Assembly (NCBI GenBank): GCA_038087875.1
Contig: CM075982.1
Location: 19,592,001 to 19,656,000 of the forward strand
Reading direction: 5' to 3'
Length of the DNA stretch: 64,000 nt
Source: Malacoraja senta
Lineage: Eukaryota
In this document: in pieces, positions 46,901 to 58,900 of the stretch
How the letters are laid out: every line of letters begins with the position of its first letter
Position numbering within the stretch: position 1 is the first letter of the stretch
Made by a program: the position numbers and the translations under genes
The notes under the pieces: generated by a model
Told to the model about the DNA's origin: nothing
Databases searched by the model: none
Seen by the model: the letters and a program-made list of their open reading frames with translations, nothing else

Positions 46901-49900
46901 TAGTCTCCCGCCTAAAAAGTCGCCTAAGTGAGACAGGCCCATAACTCTACTTCGTCTTTGTTCAGTGTGTTGCTTCTTGGCACCGAGTTAGGGAAGAATT
47001 CATCTCTGAAAGATGAGTATAAATTCAGGCTGACACTCTCCTGCAGAGTGGATGCGATGCTACACTGTAGAAGATGCTGTGTTGTGGATAAGACATTGAA
47101 TAGCCATTTCTAATGTGTGCGTATATAAGACAATCCAGAGAATACTTCATTGAAGAAGAGTTGTCACAGATGTCCTGGTTGACTTATCCTTCAGTTGACA
47201 TTGGCAAAGCAGAATATCTGGTTGTGAACTACAGCCTTGCACTTAGTCAATGTAAAATGCGGGAATACATTATAAAGGAAGTGATGGCGGAGTGCCAAAA
47301 GCAATACTTTATTTATTTACATCACTAAGGCTATACAATAGGGAACATTTTTATATAGAATTCTTTATAATGTTCTTTAGAATGTTAATAATGTGATGAA
47401 TGAGATTTCTTAGAGTGATGTATTTGGATTTCAGAAGTTATTTGATGAAGTGCCATTTAAAATAATTAATGCTTCAGAGCTCATGAAGTTGAGGGGTAGA
47501 TAAGTCTGCCCAGAAGATTGGTTAACATGTAGAAAACAGCGGGTCATTTTCATGTTGACGCGCCTCAGTAACCAGAGCTAAGTTTGCAACTATTTACAAT
47601 CTGCTATAACTATTTGGAAAAAGAGACTAAGAGAAATATATACATGTAGAAACAAGGAACTGCAAATGCTGGTTTACACAAAAGATCAAGTGCTGGAGTA
47701 ACTCACCGGCTAAGGCAGCATCTCTGGGCAATGTGGATAGGTGACATTTTGAGTCAGGACCCTTCTTCAGACAGTGTATTTTCCCAGGCTTTCCTCAGTC
47801 AAGTAACCCTTTAACAATCAGTCCATGTCTTTTTAATAAAATGTAGGAGGAAATTACATTCATGTCTGCTGACAATGCTAATATAGATGGTAAAGGAAAA
47901 TGTTGGGAGGCCCGAGTGTTTGCAGAGTAATACAAGTGATGGGCATAAAGGTGATACATTGAGTATGTGACCAAATGATAGGAAAAACAGAAGAGTGGTG
48001 GCGTGAAACTTTTATGTATTGATATTCAAAGTAATCGGCATGCTCTAATGCAAAAATGCTCAAGTTAGGGAGTTAAAAATAAAGCAAAATATTGACTCAT
48101 CTTTTTCATCCAAATTAAAAATAAATCAACCTTCTGAGTGTTTTTTGCACATAAATATAGAACATAGTTATAAAATAAGTAAGCAGTCACTTAATGGTGC
48201 TCTAATATTTTATAATGTATTAACTATGTTCTATATTTATGTGCAAAAAACACTCAGAAGGTGGATATGTATTAATCTTAGTTTGGCACAAAATTAGGCT
48301 TCATGCTTTGTGCATTCAGATAATCCATTGCCTGTCTGGGTTGATGTATGAAATGTGACAACTTGGCTGAGGTATAGGAACCTGGTCCACTGAGTTCCTC
48401 CAGCACTTGGTGTTTTGCACAAGTTTCCAACATCTGCGAGTTCCTTGTATCTCTGCTTGATTGAATTGCTGGACATTTCTGAATGCATAATTATAAATAT
48501 GCTTTTGTTTTCTTTATAAACACAAACTAAACAGGAAAACTGTCATATATCTGATACCAATAGGCGTTACTTGCAAGATATTCTTCATCAGATGAATAAA
48601 ATTGAATTATTCAAAATTTTTGAATTATTTGAAATATTCAAATTGAGTTAAACTGCTCTATTAGAAATATTTTGTGAGGAACATTTTAAAATTGAATGTG
48701 TGAGATAGCAAGCATTCTTTTTATACCAAACAAAATACAGTAAAATGCCACTGATTGTTCAGAAATCTTAGAAACAACGAACTGCAGATGCTGGTTTACA
48801 CCGGTCAAGCAGCATCTCCGGAGAACATGGATAGGTGCCGTTTCGGGTCGGTACTTCCTAAGCCAAAACATCACCTATCGAGTCTAAAGAAGGGTCCTGA
48901 CCTGAAACGTCACCCATCATTGTTTTCCAGAGATGCTACCTGACCCGCTGAGTTACTCTAGCACTTTGTGTCCTTTTGTTCAGAAATCTTTATGGTGCAT
49001 CTATCGCACTGGGGCCCTGCTAAACATTAAATTAACCAAGATTAATTAATGCTCGAGTAGTCTGTACTTGCATTTCTTGTTTGCATATACCCTCCGCCCC
49101 CTCGCCTTGCTTCAAAATGGGTGGGGGGTATTTAGATTCAGTGGCCGGAGCAGGTGGGTGGCACTGGTACATTAACAACATTGCCTGTACCCAGTTGAAA
49201 AGCCCCTGCCTCTGGGGGTTTGGAGAGACCATTGGAAGAGAGATCTGCCTCTGGGACAATTTGTGGTCAACAGTTTAATTCCCATGAGGAGCAGGCAGAA
49301 CATTGGGGATTCGAGTCCAACCCCTGGGGCCCCTGTGTCACATTTAGTTCAGAGATACAGTGCCCTTCGGCCCACCGAGTCCGCACCAACCAGCGATCCC
49401 CCGCACACACTAGGGACAATTTATACTTATACCAAGCCTATCAACCTAGAGTTAGAGTTAGGGTTAGGGTTTCCTCCCGCACTCCAAAGGCGCACAGGCG
49501 CGGGGGATCGCTGGTTGCAGGCTGGGTCCATATATGGGGAACGTCAGGGAAAGTGGGGGGGAGGTTGGAGAATGGAAGAAGGGAGGGAGTGGGGGGAGAA
49601 GGGGATGTGAGGGGCGGGGGAGTGGAGAAGGGGGAGAAGAGTGGAGCGGGGAGAAGGGAGGAAGAGGGGGGAAGGGAAGAAGAGGGGAGAGAGGGGAAGG
49701 GTAGGGGGGTGCAGAAGGAGGGATGGGGAAGAGGGGGGTGGAGGGGAGAAGGGAGTTCAGTCTACAATCACTGAATCCATCCCTATGAAAAGTTAGAGAC
49801 GGTGATTGGATCTGGAAGCGGACCAGTACAGTAAATAAAGGACAGCATATGTCAGCGTGTATGTCGTACAACTTGACGGTTTTGCGGGCGTCAATCGCAA

Positions 49901-52900
49901 AGTGGGACGGGCCCTTTAAGCTTCACATTCCAGCATTCTCGTGTGTCTCCAGTAATTTAAACAATGCAGCGACCCCTCACTGCTGTATGGGAGTAGTATT
50001 TGGTTTGCCCTCAAGTCTTTGGAGCGAGACTCATTAAAGCAGGACTAACGTCTCAGTACTACATTTCTGCTTTTCTGTATCTGGCTTTAACACTAATGTA
50101 TTAGATATTGTGTGAAGAAGATGCCACCTTTTGTAAAACGAGGTGTATTGTTGAGTGAATATTTATCTCTATCCTGATAGTAATTGAAACATGATGCTTT
50201 CTTCAATCTTTTCATATGCAACCTTGGGAATACCTTGCTGTAATTGCCTTTTTTCTTTCTCGCAGGCATTTGCTCAGTTTGATGCGGAAGGAGATGGTAC
50301 AGTTGCTGTGGAAAACATGTTGGAGTCATTGAAAACCTCTGGTGGAGCTAATCTGCGGGGAGAATTGAGTCACGTGATTCGACAACTCCAGGGATGCTCC
50401 CTTACTCCAGGTAGCAGGAGCCTGATTAATGTATTGCAAAAAATATAAACTGCTGGATTTTCTGATAATTATTAATTTAGAACTAACATTTTCTTAACAT
50501 TGTTGGCTCTGTATCATAAAGTTAGTAGCCCTTCTGTTTCTTGAACTAATAATTGTGTTATATCTTTACCCCTGTTCCTGAGGGATTGGTCTCTGAATGT
50601 TGGATCAAGGCCAAAGCTGATCCATCCTCAGTTACCTGCATGCCATCAAAGATGATGTGAAAACCTTGGCTGGTATATGTCCTCTAGTCCCAGCTAAGTT
50701 AAATAAATCCAGACATACTTGCAAACCAACCTGAAGTGGGAGTGGATCTGAAATTAGACACTGTCATCTTTAAATATGAAGAAGAATATGAACCCCTGGG
50801 TGTCAGGAGTTATGGGGAGAAGGCAGGGGAATTGGGTTGAGAGGGAACGATAGACCAACTATGATTGAATGGTGGTGTAGACTTGATGGGCCAAATGGCC
50901 TAATTCTGCTCCTATCACTTATGAACATGAAATATGTGCCATGGTTTTCCACATTGCGTCACCGTCTTTTACTACTGCTACAAGCAGGCTGCGAAAGGTC
51001 ATCGACCTGAAATGTTAACTCTTTTCTTTCTTCATAGATGCAACTATATCTCTTGAGTTCTCTGGCATTTAGTATTTTTATTTTGTGCTCCCATGTCTTT
51101 GAGCTGCTGTATTGTTTAAAGATTGGTCTCTGGAGAATTCTTCCCTTTTGAACTAATCACAAAGCTGTGGGTCTACATAGAGTATCTTCTCGAGTAGTTT
51201 AGTGTTGGGCATTTAAGCTCAGTTACTAGTTCAACTTGGCTGCACCCTGACGTGTCTTTTGTGCTTATCACATGTGCTTTACGTGGAGTCTCAGCATATG
51301 CAAGCATGAACATTTCTTGATCATTTTGGGGCACCCTGGGAAGGATTGGTTTTCCGAGGTGATAACATCAGTGTTCTGACTAATGGTCACATTGGGTAAG
51401 GATGTTAAATCTTGCTGCATGTTCAATGAATACCATTTATTCTACCCTATTTGGTCTTCAGGTTCCATCAGTAAGACAATGTTGTGTTATAGATACCAAT
51501 TTTAAATAGCAAATGTGTGCTATCTGGCCTGCATGCAATTAATGCTGCAACAACACAATACATGTTTGAGCTGCTATCTAAACTGAATAACAAGGCAGCT
51601 GAGAGATGGTACATATTTGTTTGCATAGTCACTGGACTCCAATTATTATATTTTGTAATTGTAAACAAAGAGCTGACTGGAAAGTTGATTGACTAAATTG
51701 AGAGGATCAAATGGCATTTAAAAGAATCCAAACCGATTCAGTCTATCTACCAGGTTGATTCTTCTGAGCAGTTCAGGCATGGGGATTATATACAAGGAAA
51801 GATTGAGTAGAATTGGTCTACTCTCATTCGGTTTTTCCAGGCATATGAGAAATTGGATACTGAAAATACATTCTCCCAGGTCTAGATTAGAAGTGGAATT
51901 AGAACTTTTTGGGGGTAGAGTTTGTTAGATCTTTGAAATTCTCTACTTTGAATTGTTCAATTGCTAAATGTACTTGCATCTGTAAGGAAGGATGGCCCTG
52001 CATTGGAGAGAGAGCAGAGAGATTCACTTGTGTGAGAAAGAACTACAGATGCTGGTTTAAATCAAAGGTAAATTCGCAAGAGAGATTCACTTGATGGATT
52101 TCTAGAATAAACGGGTAAACATATGGGAAAAAAACAGAAACCCATTTTCATTGAACTGTGGAACAATGATGGGTGATCTTATTGAAACATAAAATTGTAA
52201 GGGTGATTCATAGAGTGGACGCCGAGAGAATATTTACCTTTCCGGGAAGTAGGGGGATTAGTTTGAGAATAAAAGGCCATCAAGGAAGAATTGGAGGACT
52301 TCCATCTCTTAGAAGGTCGTGCCTTTGCAATTCCCTACCCAGAAAGCTGTGGAGGTGGAATAATTGAGTATATACAAGACAAAAATTGACAAGTATTTAA
52401 TGAGAATTAATTGAGGGATATGGGGAGACCGTGGGAAAGTGGTGTTGCTGCCAAGTTTGGGTCAGCATAATCTTGTTGAATGGTGGAGCAGGTTCGAGGG
52501 GTCAACTGGTTTACACTTGCTCCTGTTATAAGTTGGAGACAATATTTTGAGCCATAAGGAAATCCAGAGATATGGGGTTGGCCAGGAAGGTGTATTCCAG
52601 TACATTCAAATCTTGAATGACAAAGATGGGTGGAGTTACTATTACCTGTTCTTGTTTCTTTGTTCTTAATCGTGCAAACCTTTTAAAAAAAAATATTTTT
52701 GCTGCTGGGAATTGTGCCACACTTGTTCTAAAACCCTCTCTGTTGAATAATTGATGCAGCTAATTTTATTTGCGCATCACTATGTACTTTTTTGCCAAAT
52801 TAAAAGTTGGTATTAGCATGTATTCATTTTTCCCCTTTTCTCCTAGGATTTGTTGACATCTTTTCAAAAAATAAGGAACGCATGGGTGTTCACGCTGCCA

Positions 52901-55900
52901 AAATCTTGCGTTTCCTCCACAGGAACAGAATTCCAAGCAATGCTATCCCTTTCCCCATGATGGACAGTTATAATAACATTTGTGCCATGCGTTCCTCCGT
53001 TTTGAAGGATAGCCTGAAGCAGTTGTTAGAGCAAAAGAATGGTAAGATGTTGGATCTTCAAGTGGAAATGTATAATATACAGTGGCTTGCAAAAGTTTTC
53101 ATACCCCTTGAACTTTTCCACATTTTGTCACGTTACAACCACAAATGTAAATGTATTTTATTGGGATTTTATGTGAAAGACCAACACAAAGTGGTGCATA
53201 ATTGTGAAGTGGAAGGAAAATGATACATGGTTTTCAAATTTTTTTACAAATAAAAAACTGAAAAGTGTCGTGTGCAAAAGTATTCAGCCCCCCTGAGTCA
53301 ATACTTTGTAGAACCACCTTTCGCTGCAATTACAGCTGCAAGTCTTTTGGGGTATGTCTCTACCAGCTTTGCACATCTAGAGACTGAAATTTTTGCCCAT
53401 TCTTCTTTGCAAAATAGCTCAAGCTCAGTCAGATTGGATGGAGAGCGTCTGTGAACAGCAATTTTCAAGTCTTGCCAGAGATTCTCAATTGGATTTAGGT
53501 CTGGACTTTGACTGGGCCATTTTAACACGTGAATATGCTTTGATCTAAACCATTCCATTGTAGCTCTGGCTGTATGTTTAGGGTCGTTGTCCTGCTGGAA
53601 GGTGAACCTCCGCCCCAGTCTCGTCTTTTGCAGACTCCAACAGGTTTTCTTCCAAGATTGCCCTGTATTTGGCTCCATCCATCTTCCGATCAACTCTGAC
53701 CAGCTTCCCTGTCCCTGCTGAAGAAAAGCATCCCCACAGCATGATGCTGCCACCACCATGTTTCACAGTGGGGATGGTGTGTTCATGGTGATGTGCAGTG
53801 TTAGGTTTCCGCCACACATAGCGTTTTGCATTTAGGCCAAAAACTTCAATTTTGGTCTCATCTGACCAGAGCACCTTACTCCACATGTTTGCTGTGTCCC
53901 CCACATGGCTTGTGGCAAACTGCAAACGGGACTTCTTATGGCTTTTTTTCAACAATGGCTTTCTTCTTGCCACTCTTCCATAAAGGCCCGATTTGTGGAG
54001 TGCACGACTAATAGTTGTCCTGTGGACAGATTCTCCCACCTGAGCTGTGGATCTCTGCAGCTCCTCCAGAGTTACCATGGGCCTCTTGGCTGCTTCTCTG
54101 ATCAATGCTCTCCTTGCCCGGCCTGTCAGTTTAGGTGGACGGCCATGTCTTGGTAGGTTTGCAGTTGTGCCATACTCTTTCCATTTTCGGATGATGGATT
54201 GAACAGTGCTCCGTGAGATGTTCAAAGCTTGGGATATTTGTTTATAACCTAACCCTGCTTTAAACTTCTCCACAACTTTATCCCTGACCTGTCTGGTGTG
54301 TTCCTTGGGCTTCATGATGCTGTTTGTTCACTAATGTTCTCTAACAAACCTCTGAGGCCTTCACAGAACAGCTGTATTTATATTGAGATTAGATTACACA
54401 CAAGTGGACTCTATTTACTAATTAGGTGACTTTTGAAGTCAATTGGTTGCACTGGATTTTATTTAGGGGTATCAGAATAAAGGGGGCTGAATACTTTTGC
54501 ACGCGACACTTTTTTCAGTTTTTTATTTGTAAAAAAAATTGAAAACCATGTATCATTTTCCTTCCACTTCACAATTATGCGCCACTTTGTGTGGGTCTAT
54601 CACTTAAAATCCCAATAAAATACATTTACGTTTGTGGTTGTAACGTGACAAAATGTGGAAAAGTTCAAGGGGTATGAATACTTTTGCAAGCCACTGTAAA
54701 TATCCATATATCTCTAAGATGATGTTGAAATGCACAGTTATCTTGATTTTAAAAAAAAGAAGCAATTGTGATGTTTTGAATTTAATGAAGAAACTCATAG
54801 GGATAAAATATGTCTTGAGCATTTCCATGCTTTAGTGTACTTTAGAGAATACCAGGGTTCTGGTTCTATGATTATTGGAAATTCACCGCTTTCCTTAGTT
54901 TACATTAACTCTATTGACTGCACATTTGTGTGCTGATCATGTTCAGTCTCACAAAAGAAGAGCTCAACACTCCAGTTTTATCTATACAGAAAAGTCTAGA
55001 TTCCAAGTAAATCTGTCAGAGTTCTGAACCTGACCATTTTCTTCTGGATGCAGCGAATATGCCGATGGTTTGGCACCACTTTTAACCCTTACTGGATCAA
55101 GTTTGTATTTTTTTTAATCCATTCGTACGATATTGAACTTACTTACATGACCAAAATTTATTCCCGTACCAGATTTTTCTTAAAGATGATGCAGAACATC
55201 AACCATGATCTACTGTAGCGAGCTTGTTAAAAGCAATACAACAGCAGAGCACTATGGGCTGGGCAGCTTCAGGACGTTGCTCCAGCGATGATGAGAAAGG
55301 AATGCTAGCATTTGTCAGGGTTATATGTGACTTCCAGGAAGGTGTTGGTGTCTCCCAGACCCTGCTGCATCCTCCTAGTTGACAGAAGTTGCCGTTTGAA
55401 AGGTGTTGGCTTAGTTGCTGTAGTGAATCTTGCAAGTGATTCATATTGCACTGGAGGAAGATAGGTTGTTTTGATGGTTATGTTTAGGTAATGACGCCGT
55501 CAGCTTTGCCACCATTTACAGAGCAGCATTTGGATCATCGCTTTATCCACATAATATTCTCTGAAATTTAGAATAAGAATATGCAGCCGTTCAGATGCTT
55601 ATTCTGGACAAAATTAATCCTAAACAAATTGCTTGATTCAAATGGGAAAACTGCATGTTCTAATTAATACCAGGCATTCCAAAACATTGTGAATAACCAT
55701 TTTCAATAATTGTGATATAGTAACAGAACGTGAAAAATTATGCCTTTTCCAATAGAAAATGTTTGCAATGTGTTTGAGGTTTTTTTCTTTTCCAAACCAT
55801 GCGATCGCCTTTAACAGCTGAAGCCAAATCACTGACAAGAAATTGAGGATTTAGTCAGATTTGAGAGTCTTGTGGTTAGTTGATTACAGAAAATGGTTGT

Positions 55901-58900
55901 TTCTCTACAATTTATTGACAACCAATTAGTATTGTTTTTGTATTTTTTCCACATGAAATTGATTACAGAACAATTAATGTTAGATAGGAATAATGTAGTA
56001 AACAGACAAGTTAAAAATCTTCATGGTCCAATGAAAACTGGTGATATTAAATTAAATCAATGTAGAGAAAGAATAGCCTGCATTTATATTGCAACAGAAA
56101 TGTACTTGAAAATGTTGTAGAGAAAATTCACCTGAATGTACTGTGGTTTAATGAATTAATTTGCATGGATTGTATGCAAAATTGGCTTGCTTATCCTTAA
56201 GATTGGAAGTTTGAACGGTTGAAGGCTCTTCTTCTGTGCAACATAATCTGAGCAACATAATCTAGAAACACGCTCTTTCTGAAAATTGGGACCGTTTGAC
56301 TTGCTGAGGGTAGTATACATTGGAAAATCTCTTCTATGCAGTTGGTTATATATTTAATTTTAATTGATTACATTTTGCAAACGGTGGGTATTTAGGGGGA
56401 AAGCTGGTGTGTGGTTATATCACTGATTAGCCATATAATGTTTTTGATGTTTTTGTCGCTAGGATGGGGGACTTGAGGACCTAGTATGTCTGGGTTTATT
56501 TAACTTCAAAAAGAGAACTCAACCATTTGAAGGGTAACAGAAGTGTAGAATTTTGTTTTTAATAGCTATGAATGAAAGGAGTCTTGAAGACCAGTTTGGT
56601 AGATCTTTGTTTTGCAAAGATGTCGTTAGCTGAGAAAGTATGGTTGAGTGGAGCTAACCTGTAGATCACTGATGATCTAATTAAAAAACAATGCATTTGC
56701 AGACTGAATGGCTTATTGTGTTCATTTATTGTATAAATTAACATGTAATTGCTAACAGTGTCATGTGGTAGCTCAGTTTAGTCATCTTGGTCATCTCAGC
56801 TCCTTTTCTAGTTGGATAGCAACCTTTTCTTACTAGGTGAAAGTGATGCATTGCTCTGAAGGCTGTAGACACACCGTCTGGTATGAGTCTGGTATGAAAA
56901 GGGAAGGTTGGTAACTGTTTTGCATCTTGAACAGTATAGTTAGCCAATCTATTCATCTAAATCATGTTTAAATTGAATGACTTGGCTAGCTATGTAGCGA
57001 AACATTTACCAACCTTAATGTTCCATGTAAGAGAGTATATCTGGACCCTTTGCTAATTCTATTTATAAAATTAGTTGTATTTAAATTGACAACTTGGCAC
57101 TCTGCATAGGACATCTGGCTCAGAAAAGAGAAACAGCTGGCGGTTGCAACAATTCATTCCAAATGCACCATGAAATACTTGCTGTGAGTCATTTAAAAAA
57201 AATGTCATGCTATGCTGGAATTCAAGGGAAAGCCAAGCCAAATCTTGAATGAAAATGTCATAAGCAGTATTTAATTGGCTGGTTGTTTAATTGGTGTGGT
57301 ATCATCATTTTATTATCGTATTTCTTAATTTCTCACAGAACAAACAATTCAATGTCCCACAGATATGACTGGTGTAAGAGAGTTGGATAAGCTGAAAGTA
57401 GTAAACAAATGCTACATCACCTTGGATGCTTCTTCAAACTCAACTGATGTTGACAAGATGACCAATGGAAAAACTACTTCCTACTGGCAGTCAGATGGCA
57501 GTTCATGCTCGCACTGGATCAGGTGAATGGACTGATGGTGACAAACATGTTTGTAGAAAAGAAAAGTTAATTCTAAAAATGGGTGTAGTTCAAACCACTG
57601 ACAATAGATTGTACCATTTGACAATAGATAATGATTTATAAAGATAAAGTATTATTTTAAGCAAAACATAAATTAATCACCCAGCTTAATTATGGACAAA
57701 GTGCTGGAACATATCACAGGTGGACAGGGCAGTGAAGGCTTTTGACATCGAAGGAAGACACAAAATGCTAGAGTAACTCAGTGAGACATTAACCTGTTAG
57801 AGGTCAGGCTACATCTCTGGAGAGAAGGAATGGGTGATGTTTTGGGTCGAGACCCTTGTTCAGACTGATTCAGGTGGAATCACGGAGGGGGATCAGTGAG
57901 AGAGGATGTTGCTGAACTCTCGTCGGAGAGAGGTGGAGAATCTTCAAAGTAATACCTTGAGGAGATTTCGCAGTAGAGCAGACAAAATGTGCAGGAAAGA
58001 ACTGCAGATGCTGGTTTAAAATCGAAGGTAGACACAAAATGCTAGAGTAACTCAGCAGGACAGGCAGCATCTCTGGAGAGAAGGAATGGGTGACATTTTG
58101 GGTCAAGACCCTCTTGGTATGCTGGCCTATATCAGTAAGGGCATTATAGAAGTTGGGATGTTATGTTGCAGTTGCACATGACATTGGTGAGGTCACACTT
58201 GGGAGTATTGGGTTCAGTTTCGGTCACCCATCTATAGGAAAGATGCCATTAAGCTGGAAAAAGTGCAGAAAAGATTTATCATGATGTTGCAAGGACTTGG
58301 ATTAAGTTGTGGGGAGGGATTGGCCTAGCTTGAACTTTATTATTTGGGGTATACAGAAGTATATAAAATCATGAGGGGCATTGATAGGAGGAAGGAAGTA
58401 TCCTTTTTCCAGGATTGGTGAATGGTATTGATTTAAGATGAAATGGGAAAGATTTAATAGGAACCTGAGGTGCAACGTTTTCTACACAGTGGTGGCTATA
58501 CGGAACGAGCTGCCAGTGGAAGTGATTGAGGCAGCTACAATAATAGGACATTAGGACAGGTCCATGGATAGGAAAGGTTTAGAAGGATGTGGGTCAGACA
58601 CAGGTTAATGGGATTAGAGTAAATGGGCATCTTAGTCAGCATAGATTAGTTGAGCCAAAGGGCCCTTTTCCATGCTGTTTGACTCTATGACTCTGGGTGC
58701 TCATTCGGTCAGGCACCATCTGTGGAAACAAAGTCAATGGTTTAAATTGAAGATCCTATGACAGGTAGTTTACCTCCATCTTTACTGCATCACCTTTCAG
58801 ATTTTTCTTGCCCACGTTGAGCTTTGAAGTTAAGGGGTTTTGTTTATTTTAGAGATACGGCGTGGAAGGCCCTTTGGCACACCAAGTCCACGTGCACGTG

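Noticed and set aside
49220-49871. 184-aa and 135-aa ORFs
   Set aside because: Derived from SINE and purine-rich low-complexity sequence
52807-53223. ZZEF1-transposon fusion protein as an annotated CDS
   Set aside because: A strong G|GTAAGA donor at 53041 ends the exon; read-through into the TIR is unsupported without RNA data
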